This document shows, piece after piece, positions 44,996 to 54,569 of a stretch of 64,000 nucleotides of DNA (positions within the stretch are counted from its first letter, which is position 1; each line of letters begins with the position of its first letter). Under the pieces are notes generated by a model. That model was not told the origin of the DNA and made no database searches. It saw only the letters and a list, made by a program, of their open reading frames with translations. Origin of the DNA: Nitrospirota bacterium. Lineage in GTDB: Bacteria > Nitrospirota > UBA9217. The stretch lies in the NCBI GenBank assembly GCA_963818475.1, contig CAWFSF010000006.1, positions 1,856,001 through 1,920,000 on the forward strand. The letters run 5' to 3'. The position numbers and the translations under genes are program-made.

Positions 44996-45637
44996 TTAAC
45001 CCGGGTTTTCATTCACAACATCGGAGTAAAGTTTTTTGATACAGTGAGGACAAATTCCATGCGTGAATTCAGCCTCGGAATGCCGGCTGAGGTATGATTC
45101 AACCTGTTCCCAGTACCCGCCGGCGTTGCGTATATTTTTGCAGGAGCAGCAAATGGTGATTAAACCTTTTAATGTTTTTATCTCGGCAAGCGCTGTCTGA
45201 AGTTCACGGACAAGCTCTTCACGTCCTTTTTCAAGATTGACGCGCGCTGTTACGTCCTTCGAAATATGAACGAACCTGACTATAGTGCCGTCATTATTTT
45301 TTATGGGATATGCACTGACTTCTGCGTAAACCACGTTGTCATTTTTACCGTGATGCTGATGCACGGTGGTTGCCGGCTCCCCTGTTTTAACGAGTTCATG
45401 AACAGGACAGGGGCTGTTGGGAGATTCACAGTGCGTGTCACTGCCGTGCGCGGCCCTGTAACAATATGTGCCTATGAGTTCGCTCTCTTCCAGGCCGGTC
45501 TGCTGCATTGCTGCTTTGTTTGCCCATAATATTTTATAATCCGCGGAAAGGAGGAGAATGCTTTCCGTAATGCCTTGCGTTACATCCTCAAGCAGTTGTT
45601 TTGTCTCGCTTAAAGAATTTTCCGTATTCATTCGCAA
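44996..45637 (-). CDS. PAS protein with C-terminal CxxC...HGICPxC domain (duplicate copy)
   Basis: PAS with CY..AHG....C......CP; tail ICCSCKNIR...YW...FTHGICPHC. Confidence 0.8.
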   Translation of the reverse strand: MRMNTENSLSETKQLLEDVTQGITESILLLSADYKILWANKAAMQQTGLEESELIGTYCYRAAHGSDTHCESPNSPCPVHELVKTGEPATTVHQHHGKNDNVVYAEVSAYPIKNNDGTIVRFVHISKDVTARVNLEKGREELVRELQTALAEIKTLKGLITICCSCKNIRNAGGYWEQVESYLSRHSEAEFTHGICPHCIKKLYSDVVNENPG

Positions 45638-46591
45638 GGCACCAGGCTTTCAGCATATTCATTTAAAATAAACCGTAGATATAAGGAGATGCCTAATTAT
45701 AATTTTACAAAAACCATCCTATTATGCATTTCCCAAAATAATTGTCAACAAAAAAATCACGTTATACCCTTTAAAATACACCGACAGGGTAATGTAGGGC
45801 AATCTGATTTCATGGCTGATCCCTATAATGGCAGAAGGTTCTTTCCTTAAAATGCGATCCAATGCGATGCAGGGTCCTGCACCCCTGAATGTCACCGCAG
45901 CGGCCTATGTCGGTTGATCTTTAGATTACGCATTCAGCCGAAAAAAATTCTTAACGCAGGTCTTCCTTCACAAAATCGGGATAGTGTTTTTTGGCACAGT
46001 GAGGACAAATTCCATGAGTGAATTCAATCTCAGAATGCTTATGGATGTATAATTCGATCTGTTCCCAGTACCCGCTGTCGTTGCGTATGTTTTTGCACGA
46101 GCAGCAAATGGTGATTATGCCTTTTAAAGTCTTTATTTCGGCAAGCGCTTTCTGAAGTTCACGGATAAGTTCTTCACGTTCTTTTTCAAGATTGATGCGC
46201 GCTGTGATGTCCTTTGAAATATGAACGAACCTGACAATAGTGCCGTCATTATTTTTTATGGGATATGCGCTGACTTCAGCATAAACCGTCTTGCCATTTT
46301 CACCGTGATGCTGATGCACGGTGGTTGCCGGCTCCGCTGTTTTAATGAGTTCACGAACGGGACAGGGGTTGTCGGGAGATTCGCAGTGCGTGTCACTGCC
46401 GTGAGCAGCCTTGTAACAATACGTCACCTATGAGTGCTCTCTCTTCCAGGCCGGTCTGTTGCAATGTTGCTTTGTTCACCCATAATATTTTATAATCCGC
46501 GGAAAGGAGAAGAATGCTTTCCGTAATGCCTTGCGTTACATCCTCAAGCAGTTGTTTTGTCTCGCTTAAAGATTTCTCCGTCTTCATTCGA
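45013..46591. repeat. Direct duplication of about 620 bp (45013-45634 vs 45969-46591)
   Basis: Long near-identical tracts such as AGAATGCTTTCCGTAATGCCTTGCGTTACATCCTCAAGCAGTTGTTTTGTCTCGCTTAAAGA in both copies. Confidence 0.9.
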
Positions 46592-46952
46592 TCGGTAATC
46601 TCCCTGGCAACCTTGATGCCGGCTACAATCCTGCCTTCTGAATTTTTTAGAGGGATGCGGTCGTCTCTGCGTAAATGACTCCCTGAGAGTAGTGCATGAT
46701 CTAACCGCGGAATGACCACTGCCGTCCTGAAAAGCCATGAGAACAGGACAGCCTTCGCATGCATTATTCCAGTGATGACAACACCTTATAGCAGTATTCA
46801 CCGACATGGTCTCCATGCAGATTTTCGTGAGCTTTATTTTGGAATAAAACCTTGAAGTCAACACCCTGGATACTGACGGCGCCGATGCCGTCAACAATCG
46901 CCTTTAAAACGGTGCTGTCGCGAAGCGGCTCTTTGATATGTTGACTGATCAT
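45951..46952 (-). CDS. PAS-PAS protein with the same Cys-rich C-terminal domain; several frameshifts
   Basis: Fragments 46764-46952, 46544-46897, 46393-46764 and 45951-46427 join into two Cys-containing PAS domains plus the tail. Confidence 0.75.
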
Positions 46953-47066
46953 TCGCGGATGAATCTTTCAGTTTTGATTTACGTGAATAACCGGTGTTAT
47001 TATGCATGCACGAAAATACGTTGCAAGGGCACAAAAAAAAGGCTACAATTTGACATACATTGCGGC

Positions 47067-47285
47067 TTATGCAGCTGGCTTGGTGCCGTTATCCCAAAGA
47101 TCCGCAACGCTGGCACCCAGCGTATTGGCGATGGCTTTACGAACCGCCGGGCTATCAATGTGCCCATTAACGACGTAACTGGTCCACACTCGAGACTTAC
47201 CTATACAGCGCGCCAGGTCGGCGACAGTCATGTCTTTATCGATCAGGAGCTTTTTTACGGTCTTGGTCATTTTTTTGTACCTCAA
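47067..47285 (-). CDS. Small Cro/Ner-like HTH protein
   Basis: MTVADLARCIGKSR...IA..LG..V.DLW; divergent from an XRE repressor. Confidence 0.75.
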   Translation of the reverse strand: MRYKKMTKTVKKLLIDKDMTVADLARCIGKSRVWTSYVVNGHIDSPAVRKAIANTLGASVADLWDNGTKPAA

Positions 47286-47315
47286 ACTTGACGTGTGTAA
47301 TCGCTAGGTGCAAGT

Positions 47316-47370
47316 ATACGCCAAAATATGGCATATCGTCAAGAGGAAAATGCGCCAGAATTTGACATAT
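47316..47370. promoter_or_regulatory. Two 21-bp quasi-palindromic operator-like sites
   Basis: ATACGCCAAAATATGGCATAT (47316) and ATGCGCCAGAATTTGACATAT (47350), 17/21 identical. Confidence 0.55.
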
Positions 47371-47757
47371 GAAAAACGCTTTTCATTTATTGGGTTTCGG
47401 CTTAAACAGTTGCGAGGAGAGCAATCACAGTCTGATTTTGCTCAACTGATCGGTGTGCCTTTTAGAACGTATCAACGCTATGAAGCCGGTGAGACGGCTC
47501 CAAAGCGTGATGTTATTGAAAAGATATCCAAGCTTACCGGAAAATCTGTTGACTGGATTATGACTGGAGAAAGTGGACTGCCGGCGGATCATGCAACAGA
47601 GCAGACGGCTGCGAATGGCCATGATGATATAACACGGAAACTCGTGGATATACTCAAGGATATGGACAGGGACTGCCGGCGTGATGTGCTGAAATACGCT
47701 CAAGAGAAAAAACAGGCTGCGGCCTGGCGTCGTGAGAAAAAACTGAAGGAGGGGTGA
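47350..47757 (+). CDS. XRE/CI-like HTH repressor
   Basis: IG.RLK.LRG..SQ..FA..IGV....YQRYE.G..P...S.DW..TG. Confidence 0.85.
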   Translation: MRQNLTYEKRFSFIGFRLKQLRGEQSQSDFAQLIGVPFRTYQRYEAGETAPKRDVIEKISKLTGKSVDWIMTGESGLPADHATEQTAANGHDDITRKLVDILKDMDRDCRRDVLKYAQEKKQAAAWRREKKLKEG

Positions 47758-47776
47758 GATATCACCAGGTTCGCCT

Positions 47777-48226
47777 ATGTCCGAAGGCTCTTTTCTTATA
47801 CGATGCAGGTCCTGCAGAACGATCAATCGCGTCCCAGCCGACAAGCTCGGCAGCCGTCCCGTCTGCGGACAGTGCAAAACGCCGCTCGAAGTTCCGCACA
47901 GCCCCTTGAACGTCACCGCAGCAGCTTATGACCGCGAAGTGAACGATTGGCCGGAATTCGTCCTCGTGGAATTCTGGGCTAAATGGTGCGGGTACTGCCG
48001 CATGGTTGAGGTGGTGGTGAACGATCTGGCTGCAGGGCGGGCAGGACAACTGAAGGTGTTGAAAGCAGATGTGGATGCCGAACCAAACCTGGCACGGCGT
48101 TTTATGGTCAAAGCAACGCCGACGTTCATGCTCTATCGGAATGGAAGGCTGCTGGGACGGTTGGATGGCGCGCCAAAGGAAAAGATCGAGCTGGTGCAGT
48201 GGCTCGACCGCACCATGAAGTCCTGA
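47777..48226 (+). CDS. trxC: Thioredoxin 2-like protein with N-terminal zinc finger
   Basis: CRSC...CGQC plus FWAKWCGYC active site. Confidence 0.8.
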   Translation: MSEGSFLIRCRSCRTINRVPADKLGSRPVCGQCKTPLEVPHSPLNVTAAAYDREVNDWPEFVLVEFWAKWCGYCRMVEVVVNDLAAGRAGQLKVLKADVDAEPNLARRFMVKATPTFMLYRNGRLLGRLDGAPKEKIELVQWLDRTMKS

Positions 48227-48280
48227 CCACCGTCCGCCACAACCTCCCAGGGAAGCTATTCCTTCGGGTCAAGGTATTAT

Positions 48281-48359
48281 CCGCAGATTCCGCAGATTAC
48301 ACAGATTAAAACAACCTGAATGATTTTTCTAAAATCTGCGCCATCTGCGTAATCTGCGG
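48281..48359. repeat. 9-nt-periodic (CGCAGATT) inverted-repeat element, copy 1
   Basis: CCGCAGATT CCGCAGATT ACACAGATT ... AATCTGCGC CATCTGCGT AATCTGCGG. Confidence 0.88.
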
Positions 48360-48379
48360 CCAAAGGTTTTTGCGCATGT

Positions 48380-49154
48380 TCACCCTGCCGTGGACATCCT
48401 GAGCATTCCCAGCGGATTCGGAGCACGCCGCACATATCCCTTTTCCTGCACCACCAGATCGAGTGGCAGGCTCATGAGGTCGGCAGCGTCCGGGGTCGCG
48501 TGCCGAAGCACTGCCGCATCAACGGTCTTGACGTAGGAACGGCAATGGTCGCAGGTCGTTATGGCAAATCCTTCTTCACCGTCGAAGGTGAGACGGCTGC
48601 GCTGACCATCTTCGTCATTGAGGCAGACGGGGCATCCGGTCGATGCAATCGGCCCTGTCGTCTCGCAGTAGGAGCAATGAAGCCGCTTCGGACCGTCAGG
48701 CCCGTTGGACAGAAGCGCCGGCTGGCCGCTGCAGACAGGGCATTTGCCCTGTTCCCATGCCTGCCCGTCCATGGGGCGTGCATCACGGAGCAGCGAGAAA
48801 TAGGGCCTGCTCAGCAGGAACAGAAGCATGGACAGATCGTCCTCGGGATAGGGCAGCGAAAAAGCGGGCACTTCGCGGAACGGGAGACGGGTGAGGTCGA
48901 TATCGCCCACCTCCATGGCCCGCTTCAAGCGGGTCCAGCATGTCCTGCGGCACTTCCGTGAGGACCGCAAAATGCCGGAACACCGGCTCGATGACCGAAG
49001 GGGGGTACGATCTCATGGTGCTATCCGGAAAAGCCTGTTCCGTTGCGAGCAGTTCCCGCACCACCCTGTTGAACGTCGTCGTTCGTGCATAGAACCGGAA
49101 AAGGTCCGTAAGATGGGGTTTCTGTGCGATGAGTTCATCGATAGTCATGTGCAT
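48380..49154 (-). CDS. fdhE: FdhE-like formate dehydrogenase accessory protein; frameshift near 48930
   Basis: W..G.CPVC, CSYC, CPVC, CDHC..YVK, LDL..QEKGY. Confidence 0.8.
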
Positions 49155-49174
49155 GGCGCAGTATTGTCCTTTCA

Positions 49175-49265
49175 TTATCCGCAGATTGCGCAGATTTCAC
49201 AGATTAAAAGCAAACCGGAATTATGTTTTTTAAAATCCGCGTACATCGGCGTAATCTGCGGATAA
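49175..49265. repeat. 9-nt-periodic (CGCAGATT) inverted-repeat element, copy 2
   Basis: TTATCCGCAGATTGCGCAGATTTCACAGATT ... AATCCGCGTACATCGGCGTAATCTGCGGATAA. Confidence 0.88.
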
Positions 49266-49291
49266 AAGGGTTTTGTCTTTCAGCACTCCTG

Positions 49292-50347
49292 CTACGGCAC
49301 TTTCGGATACTGCAGGACGATATCCTCGCCTGACAGCGCTTCGACCATGAACGTCTTGAGAAAAGCTTTTTCCGCCGCGCTCAGGCCGAGCGGTTTGAGC
49401 GCTTCGTTTCCCTTGCCGCCGCCTTTATCGAAAAAGTCGATCACTTCTTCGAGCGTCGCAAAGATGCCGTTGTGCATATAGGGGCCGGTCTTCGCTATCT
49501 CCCGGAGCGTCGGCGTCTTAAAGGCCTTCCAGTCCTTTTTGTCCTTGGTGATGAGGTATCTGCCCAGGTCCTCGTTCAGCGTGCGATAGTCATCGAAGTG
49601 GTTCAGCTTTGCCACGAACCGCCGGGTAGCCGTGATGCGGGCATCGGTCAGGTGTTCGGGATTTTCCGGGACGTTCAAGGCGTGAAACCGGTCGTCGGAA
49701 AGGCTGACCCCGCCGTGGCATTCGCCGCACTTTCCCTTGTACCATGAAGACCACGAGCCCCTTCTTTGCATCATCGGACAGTGCCGCCGTATTCCCCTGC
49801 AGATGCCGGTCGAGCGGGGCGTTCTTCGATACCAGCGTCCGCTCGAACGCCGCGATCGCCATCGCGATCCGCTCCCGGGTGACCTCGCCGCCGAAGACCT
49901 TCTGGAAGGACGCGTTATATTCGGGGACCGCCCTGATCACCTCTTCAAGGTAATCGAGATTCCGGTTCATCTCAAAGGCCGACATCATGGGGAACAGCGC
50001 CTGGTCCTCCAGCGTCAGGGAGCGGCCGTCATGGAACAGGAATTTCTGGAACCCGACGTTGATGAGCGTCGGTGAATTGCGCCAGTTCCTCGTCGTGGGA
50101 TAGTTCAGCGATATTTCGAGACCGTCGGAGAACCCTTTTTCCGGGTCATGGCAGGTGGCGCAGTTCATAGTGCCGTCGCCCGAAAGCCGCCGGTCGAAGA
50201 ACAGCTTCTTGCCGAGCTCGATCTTTTCCGCTGTCTGGGGGTTCTGCTCCGGTACGGGAACAGCGGTGAGGGGAAGAAGGTTGCCGGCAAGGGCAATGCT
50301 CGACACAAGAAGCATACCCCTATCGCCATGATCATGCCATTCCACAT
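49292..50347 (-). CDS. Di-heme cytochrome c peroxidase/MauG family protein; two frameshifts
   Basis: LGK.LFFD.RLS, CATCH, RNSPT, CGECH, FKTPTLR, PYMHNG; signal peptide. Confidence 0.88.
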
Positions 50348-50389
50348 TATTGCCTCCTTTACAAACGATGCATTCTCAAAAAAGTCAGA

Positions 50390-50604
50390 ATTTAACGCAG
50401 AGACGCGGAGACACGGAGAAAAGCATCTCGCTGCTTTCGTCCCTCTCCGCTATCCTCTCCCCAACGAGGGAGAGGGCTGGGTGAGGGGGAGGTTCCGGGA
50501 TGTAAGAATACTTTGCATTATAAGGATTTCCTCTGCGCCTCTGCATCTGGTTAAATCCGATATATTGAGAGTCCCCTAAAGATACTCCGCATTCCGCAAT
50601 CCGC
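50390..50604. repeat. Composite element: 8-nt-periodic inverted repeat enclosing a CCCTCTCC/GGAGAGGG palindrome, followed by a heptamer array
   Basis: ATTTAACGCAGAGACGCGGAGACACGGAGA ... TCCTCTGCGCCTCTGCATCTGGTTAAAT; inner palindrome 50441-50488; ACTCCGC ATTCCGC AATCCGC at 50584. Confidence 0.75.
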
Positions 50605-50605
50605 C

Positions 50606-51184
50606 TTAGCGCAGCTCCTCGTCGATGATCTTCTTGAAATAGGCAAAGGGCCGTTCGCCCACGACCTTGCGGCCGTTGATGAAAAACGTGGGGGTATTAT
50701 AGAGGTCCATGTCCACGGCGAGTTTCTTGTCCCGCTCGATCTCCCGGGCATGTTTCTTTACGTCAAGAGACGCTGTGAATTTCTTCAGGTCAAGCCCCAG
50801 TTCCTGCGCATACTTGATGAGGCTTTCCCGGTCGAGCACGGGGGAGCGCTTGAGCAGCAGGTCGTGCATTTCCCAGTACTTCCCCTGGTCCTTCGCGGCA
50901 AGCGAGGCCTCTGCCGCGATGTGGGAATAATCGCGGTAGATATAGGGATAGTTCTTGATCACCAGCCTGATCTTGCCCGGGTAGGCCTCCATGATCTGTT
51001 TGACGGTCGGACCGGCCGCCATGCAGTGAGGTCATTGAAAATCGAGGAACTCGATGATCGTCACCGGCGCGTTCAGCGGACCGGTTGAAGGAGAATCGCC
51101 GATGGGCACGGAAAAGCGCTTCTCGTCGGCAAAGGCAGACACTGAAATGAGCGCAACTATCATTATGAAGATGAGCTTTTTCAT
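50606..51184 (-). CDS. Periplasmic DsbA/DsbG-like thioredoxin-fold selenoprotein (UxxC), 192 aa
   Basis: Signal peptide MKKLIFIM..., G..NAPVTIIEFLDFQ-TGA-PHC in frame with ORF 50606-51022; TPTFFING cis-Pro motif. Confidence 0.88.
51002..51034 (-). promoter_or_regulatory. Bacterial SECIS-like hairpin after the Sec UGA
   Basis: UGA-CCUCACUGCAU-GGCGGCCGGUCCGACCGUC: stem GGCGG/CCGUC with apical GGUC. Confidence 0.65.
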
Positions 51185-51232
51185 GTACTGTTCTCCTCTC
51201 CTGTGGCTGCTTCGGGCTTCATTTACGCTATA

Positions 51233-51895
51233 TCAGAAAGCGATCACACCGCTCATCATAAAGATCTGAAAATTGCCAAAACCCGCGCCGGTTTTATCGA
51301 TAGTATTTATCGAATATTCGGCACGTACGCCAAACTGGCTGTTGAAGTCATACTGAGCTCCGGCGCCAAGGACAAAATCAGCGCCCGAAGCGCTTTTCGA
51401 TCCGCTGCCCGATCCTGATCCGACAAGACGGAAATTCACGTCAGAACGCCAGAAGATAAGCCCCCCTCTTGCGAAAACCGTGAAATACTTTCCAATCGGA
51501 AGGGAAACAACGGGAGTGAGCTCAAATCCGGTCACCTTGCTTTGATAGTAATCGCCAGAGGCTTGGTCGTTCACACGAACTTTTTCAAGGTAAAGGAATG
51601 AACCCTCTATACTGAGATGGTCATTGAGCTGATACCCGCCGAACAACCGGAGGACCTGGTCCGATTGAACATCAGGTGTGTCAAAATATACTTTTCCTTT
51701 ATCGGGGCTTGCATCCAGCACTGAACCGATACCGAGGCCCATATAGCCTTTGGCGGTCCCGGCAGTGGCTGCCGGTGTCCAAATAAGTAATCCGGCGCTG
51801 AAAACAAAAAGCGCGGACAGGAGGCATGTGCTCCATATTGTTTTTTTTCGCGCTTCAGCTTCACGTCTTTTGTCCTTGCCCGGGTTCAGAACCAT
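51233..51895 (-). CDS. OmpA-like 8-strand outer-membrane beta-barrel
   Basis: Signal peptide, FGGYQLN, GAGAQYDF, terminal Phe. Confidence 0.8.
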   Translation of the reverse strand: MVLNPGKDKRREAEARKKTIWSTCLLSALFVFSAGLLIWTPAATAGTAKGYMGLGIGSVLDASPDKGKVYFDTPDVQSDQVLRLFGGYQLNDHLSIEGSFLYLEKVRVNDQASGDYYQSKVTGFELTPVVSLPIGKYFTVFARGGLIFWRSDVNFRLVGSGSGSGSKSASGADFVLGAGAQYDFNSQFGVRAEYSINTIDKTGAGFGNFQIFMMSGVIAF

Positions 51896-51958
51896 TATTC
51901 AATCCCCCTCGATCTCTCCCGCTGAAAGGAGTGTGCCAGTAACCATAAACGTATTATA

Positions 51959-52402
51959 TCAGGGATAACACACTGTTTGTCCATCGTTGAGCAAAACATA
52001 ATTCGTCCAAATACTCCCTTTATCAATCTCCCGTACGAATATATTTCCGAACCCGGTATCCGAAGTGCAGATTTTCAAGGGTATTTTTTCTCCGCGACTG
52101 CTCCTGTTCTCATATATGAGCCCCTCAATGCAAAAGGATGTATCCAGGAGGGCTTTCGCTTCCTCGCATTCGGCCGGCAGGGGATTTTGCCTGCAGGTTT
52201 CGCCGTTCACCTTGATGCTGGCCTTGGCGCACTCGATGCTTCTCGACCCTTTGCATACCCCGTCAAGCACTTGCACTTTGCCTGAGAATAGGGGTTTATA
52301 TTCCAACGTGATTTGAATGTAACCGCTCAAGGTTTCCTCTGCAGCGCTCGCGAAGGGGGACATTAGGATGAACAGGATGGCAAGTATAGGGATCAGTTTC
52401 AT
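51959..52402 (-). CDS. Secreted Cys-rich hypothetical protein
   Basis: Signal peptide ending ASA; several Cys; RBS GAGG. Confidence 0.65.
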   Translation of the reverse strand: MKLIPILAILFILMSPFASAAEETLSGYIQITLEYKPLFSGKVQVLDGVCKGSRSIECAKASIKVNGETCRQNPLPAECEEAKALLDTSFCIEGLIYENRSSRGEKIPLKICTSDTGFGNIFVREIDKGSIWTNYVLLNDGQTVCYP

Positions 52403-52445
52403 TAATCCTCACGAAAATTGATACCCGGCAATTGCGTAGCACCGG

Positions 52446-52503
52446 GAGCAACGCGCCTGATGCGCCGCCTTCTGGCGCGTCGCTGTCGAGGCGCAAGTTG
52501 GAA
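52446..52503 (-). mobile_element. Degenerate integron attC-like site
   Basis: TTCCAAC...GCGCCT[C]GA...TCAGGCGC GTTG: AAC/GTT ends and an inner stem with one extrahelical C. Confidence 0.45.
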
Positions 52504-52553
52504 ATATCGGAACGGGGAACGTGCGGCGGAAGGCAAGTAATAGGAGCGTGGTG

Positions 52554-53073
<520 letters not shown>

Positions 53074-53111
53074 TCATTCAGTCCTCTGCTAGGGCATTAT
53101 ACACAAAAATT

Positions 53112-53309
53112 CTATCCAGTGCAGTCATTGCCTGCAAAAAAATGCCAGCCTTCTTTCCATTGGTCCTTTGCCGAAGTATAAAGCCAATGAACAAATATAG
53201 CAGTGATATTCCCCAAGAACCCGAAAAGCGCCCATGCCCTTTTGTTCTCGGAGGCTTTCTTGTAAAGATACCTTGCACTCCATGCATTTAAAATTGAGAT
53301 GAAGAACAT
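53112..53309 (-). CDS. Small hypothetical membrane protein
   Basis: 65-aa ORF with a hydrophobic WALFGFLGN stretch. Confidence 0.4.
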   Translation of the reverse strand: MFFISILNAWSARYLYKKASENKRAWALFGFLGNITAIFVHWLYTSAKDQWKEGWHFFAGNDCTG

Positions 53310-53342
53310 CAGCCTTTTTGTGGCTAGCTGTCGTTAATCGGG

Positions 53343-54555
53343 TTACGGCTGATTGTCCCGATCCACTGCATTTTTTACCATATCGAGAATGCCCGGGATG
53401 GCCGAAGTAACCCGGTTCCAGTTCGGGATAAGCGGCGTGCCCAGCGGATTCTCCATAAAAACCTGCGCTGCCTGAGCGATGGCGCGCGTGAAGGCTTCCA
53501 CAGCCTTTGCCTCCTCGTGCCGGTCGAACTCAAGTCCGTTGATCGCTGCATCGGCTTCGTATTTCATGATGGCATCCTCCGCGCTGTCTCAGGTATACCA
53601 CGGACAGAGACTTGAAAAATCCGTCTGAAAACACGACACCCTCCGAGGCCAGGGTCCTGAAGATGGACTTGCAGATGTCAACGGTCATCTTCATCAATCC
53701 CTGATTTGCGTCATCGGGGGAAAGCGCCTGATGCTTATGCTCGTACGTCTCGGCGATGTCCACCTGGCACACCCGCCGCGGCGAGTAGTTGCGGTATACT
53801 TCGGCCAGCGAGCCGACCTCCAGTCCCCAGTCCCAGGGTATGCGGTTGACCCTCGCCATGTCAGTGCTCATCGCGAACTCGCCGGAGAGCGGGTAACGGA
53901 AGCTGTCGATGAACTTGAGAAACCCGTGTTCCCCTCCCAGACTCTGGAGAGACCGTACGAGCGGGGTCACGAGGAGGCGGGTAACGCGGCCGTGCATCTT
54001 GCTCGTGACCCTGCTGTAGTATCCCTTGCAAAAGGCGTAGTCCAGGTTGGGATTGGCCACGGGGTAGCACAACCGCGCGAGAAGCGCCCTGCTGTAGTTC
54101 ACGATGTCGCAATCGTGGAGCGCGATGACATCGCAGGTTCCGTTCGCGATCACATATCCATAGGCCAGCCAGGCGGACCGTCCCTTTCCCCGCTCGCCGA
54201 CATCAAGTCCATTCCGCTTGAAGGTATCATAAATTTCCATGATCCGTTTGCCGTCATTATGGATGATCCTGACCTTGCCCGGGATCGGGGCCATAAACTC
54301 CCTGACACGCTGGAACTCCTTGTCCGATGCCTTGTCCAGCACCAGCACGATCTCACACAGGTATTTCACCTTCGCAAGCTCCTGCACGATCCCCGGCATG
54401 GCAGGCCCCTCGAACTCGGAATAGAGCGCAGGGAGCACGAGCGCGACCGGTCGGGTCCGCGAGAACTGCAGCAGCTCGCCTTCGAGCCGTTCGAGCGAAG
54501 GTTTGCCGAGCTGGTGGAGCGTCGTAATGATCCCGGTCTGGTAAAAATCGGTCAT
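53343..54555 (-). CDS. gpgS: Glucosyl-3-phosphoglycerate synthase-like glycosyltransferase; frameshift near 53580
   Basis: M.DF.Q.G.ITTLH, LP.LYSE, GKGR, HDCDI, KGYY.R, GRVTRL, YPLSGEF, WGLE, HKHQ. Confidence 0.8.
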
Positions 54556-54569
54556 GAACCTTCCTCCGG

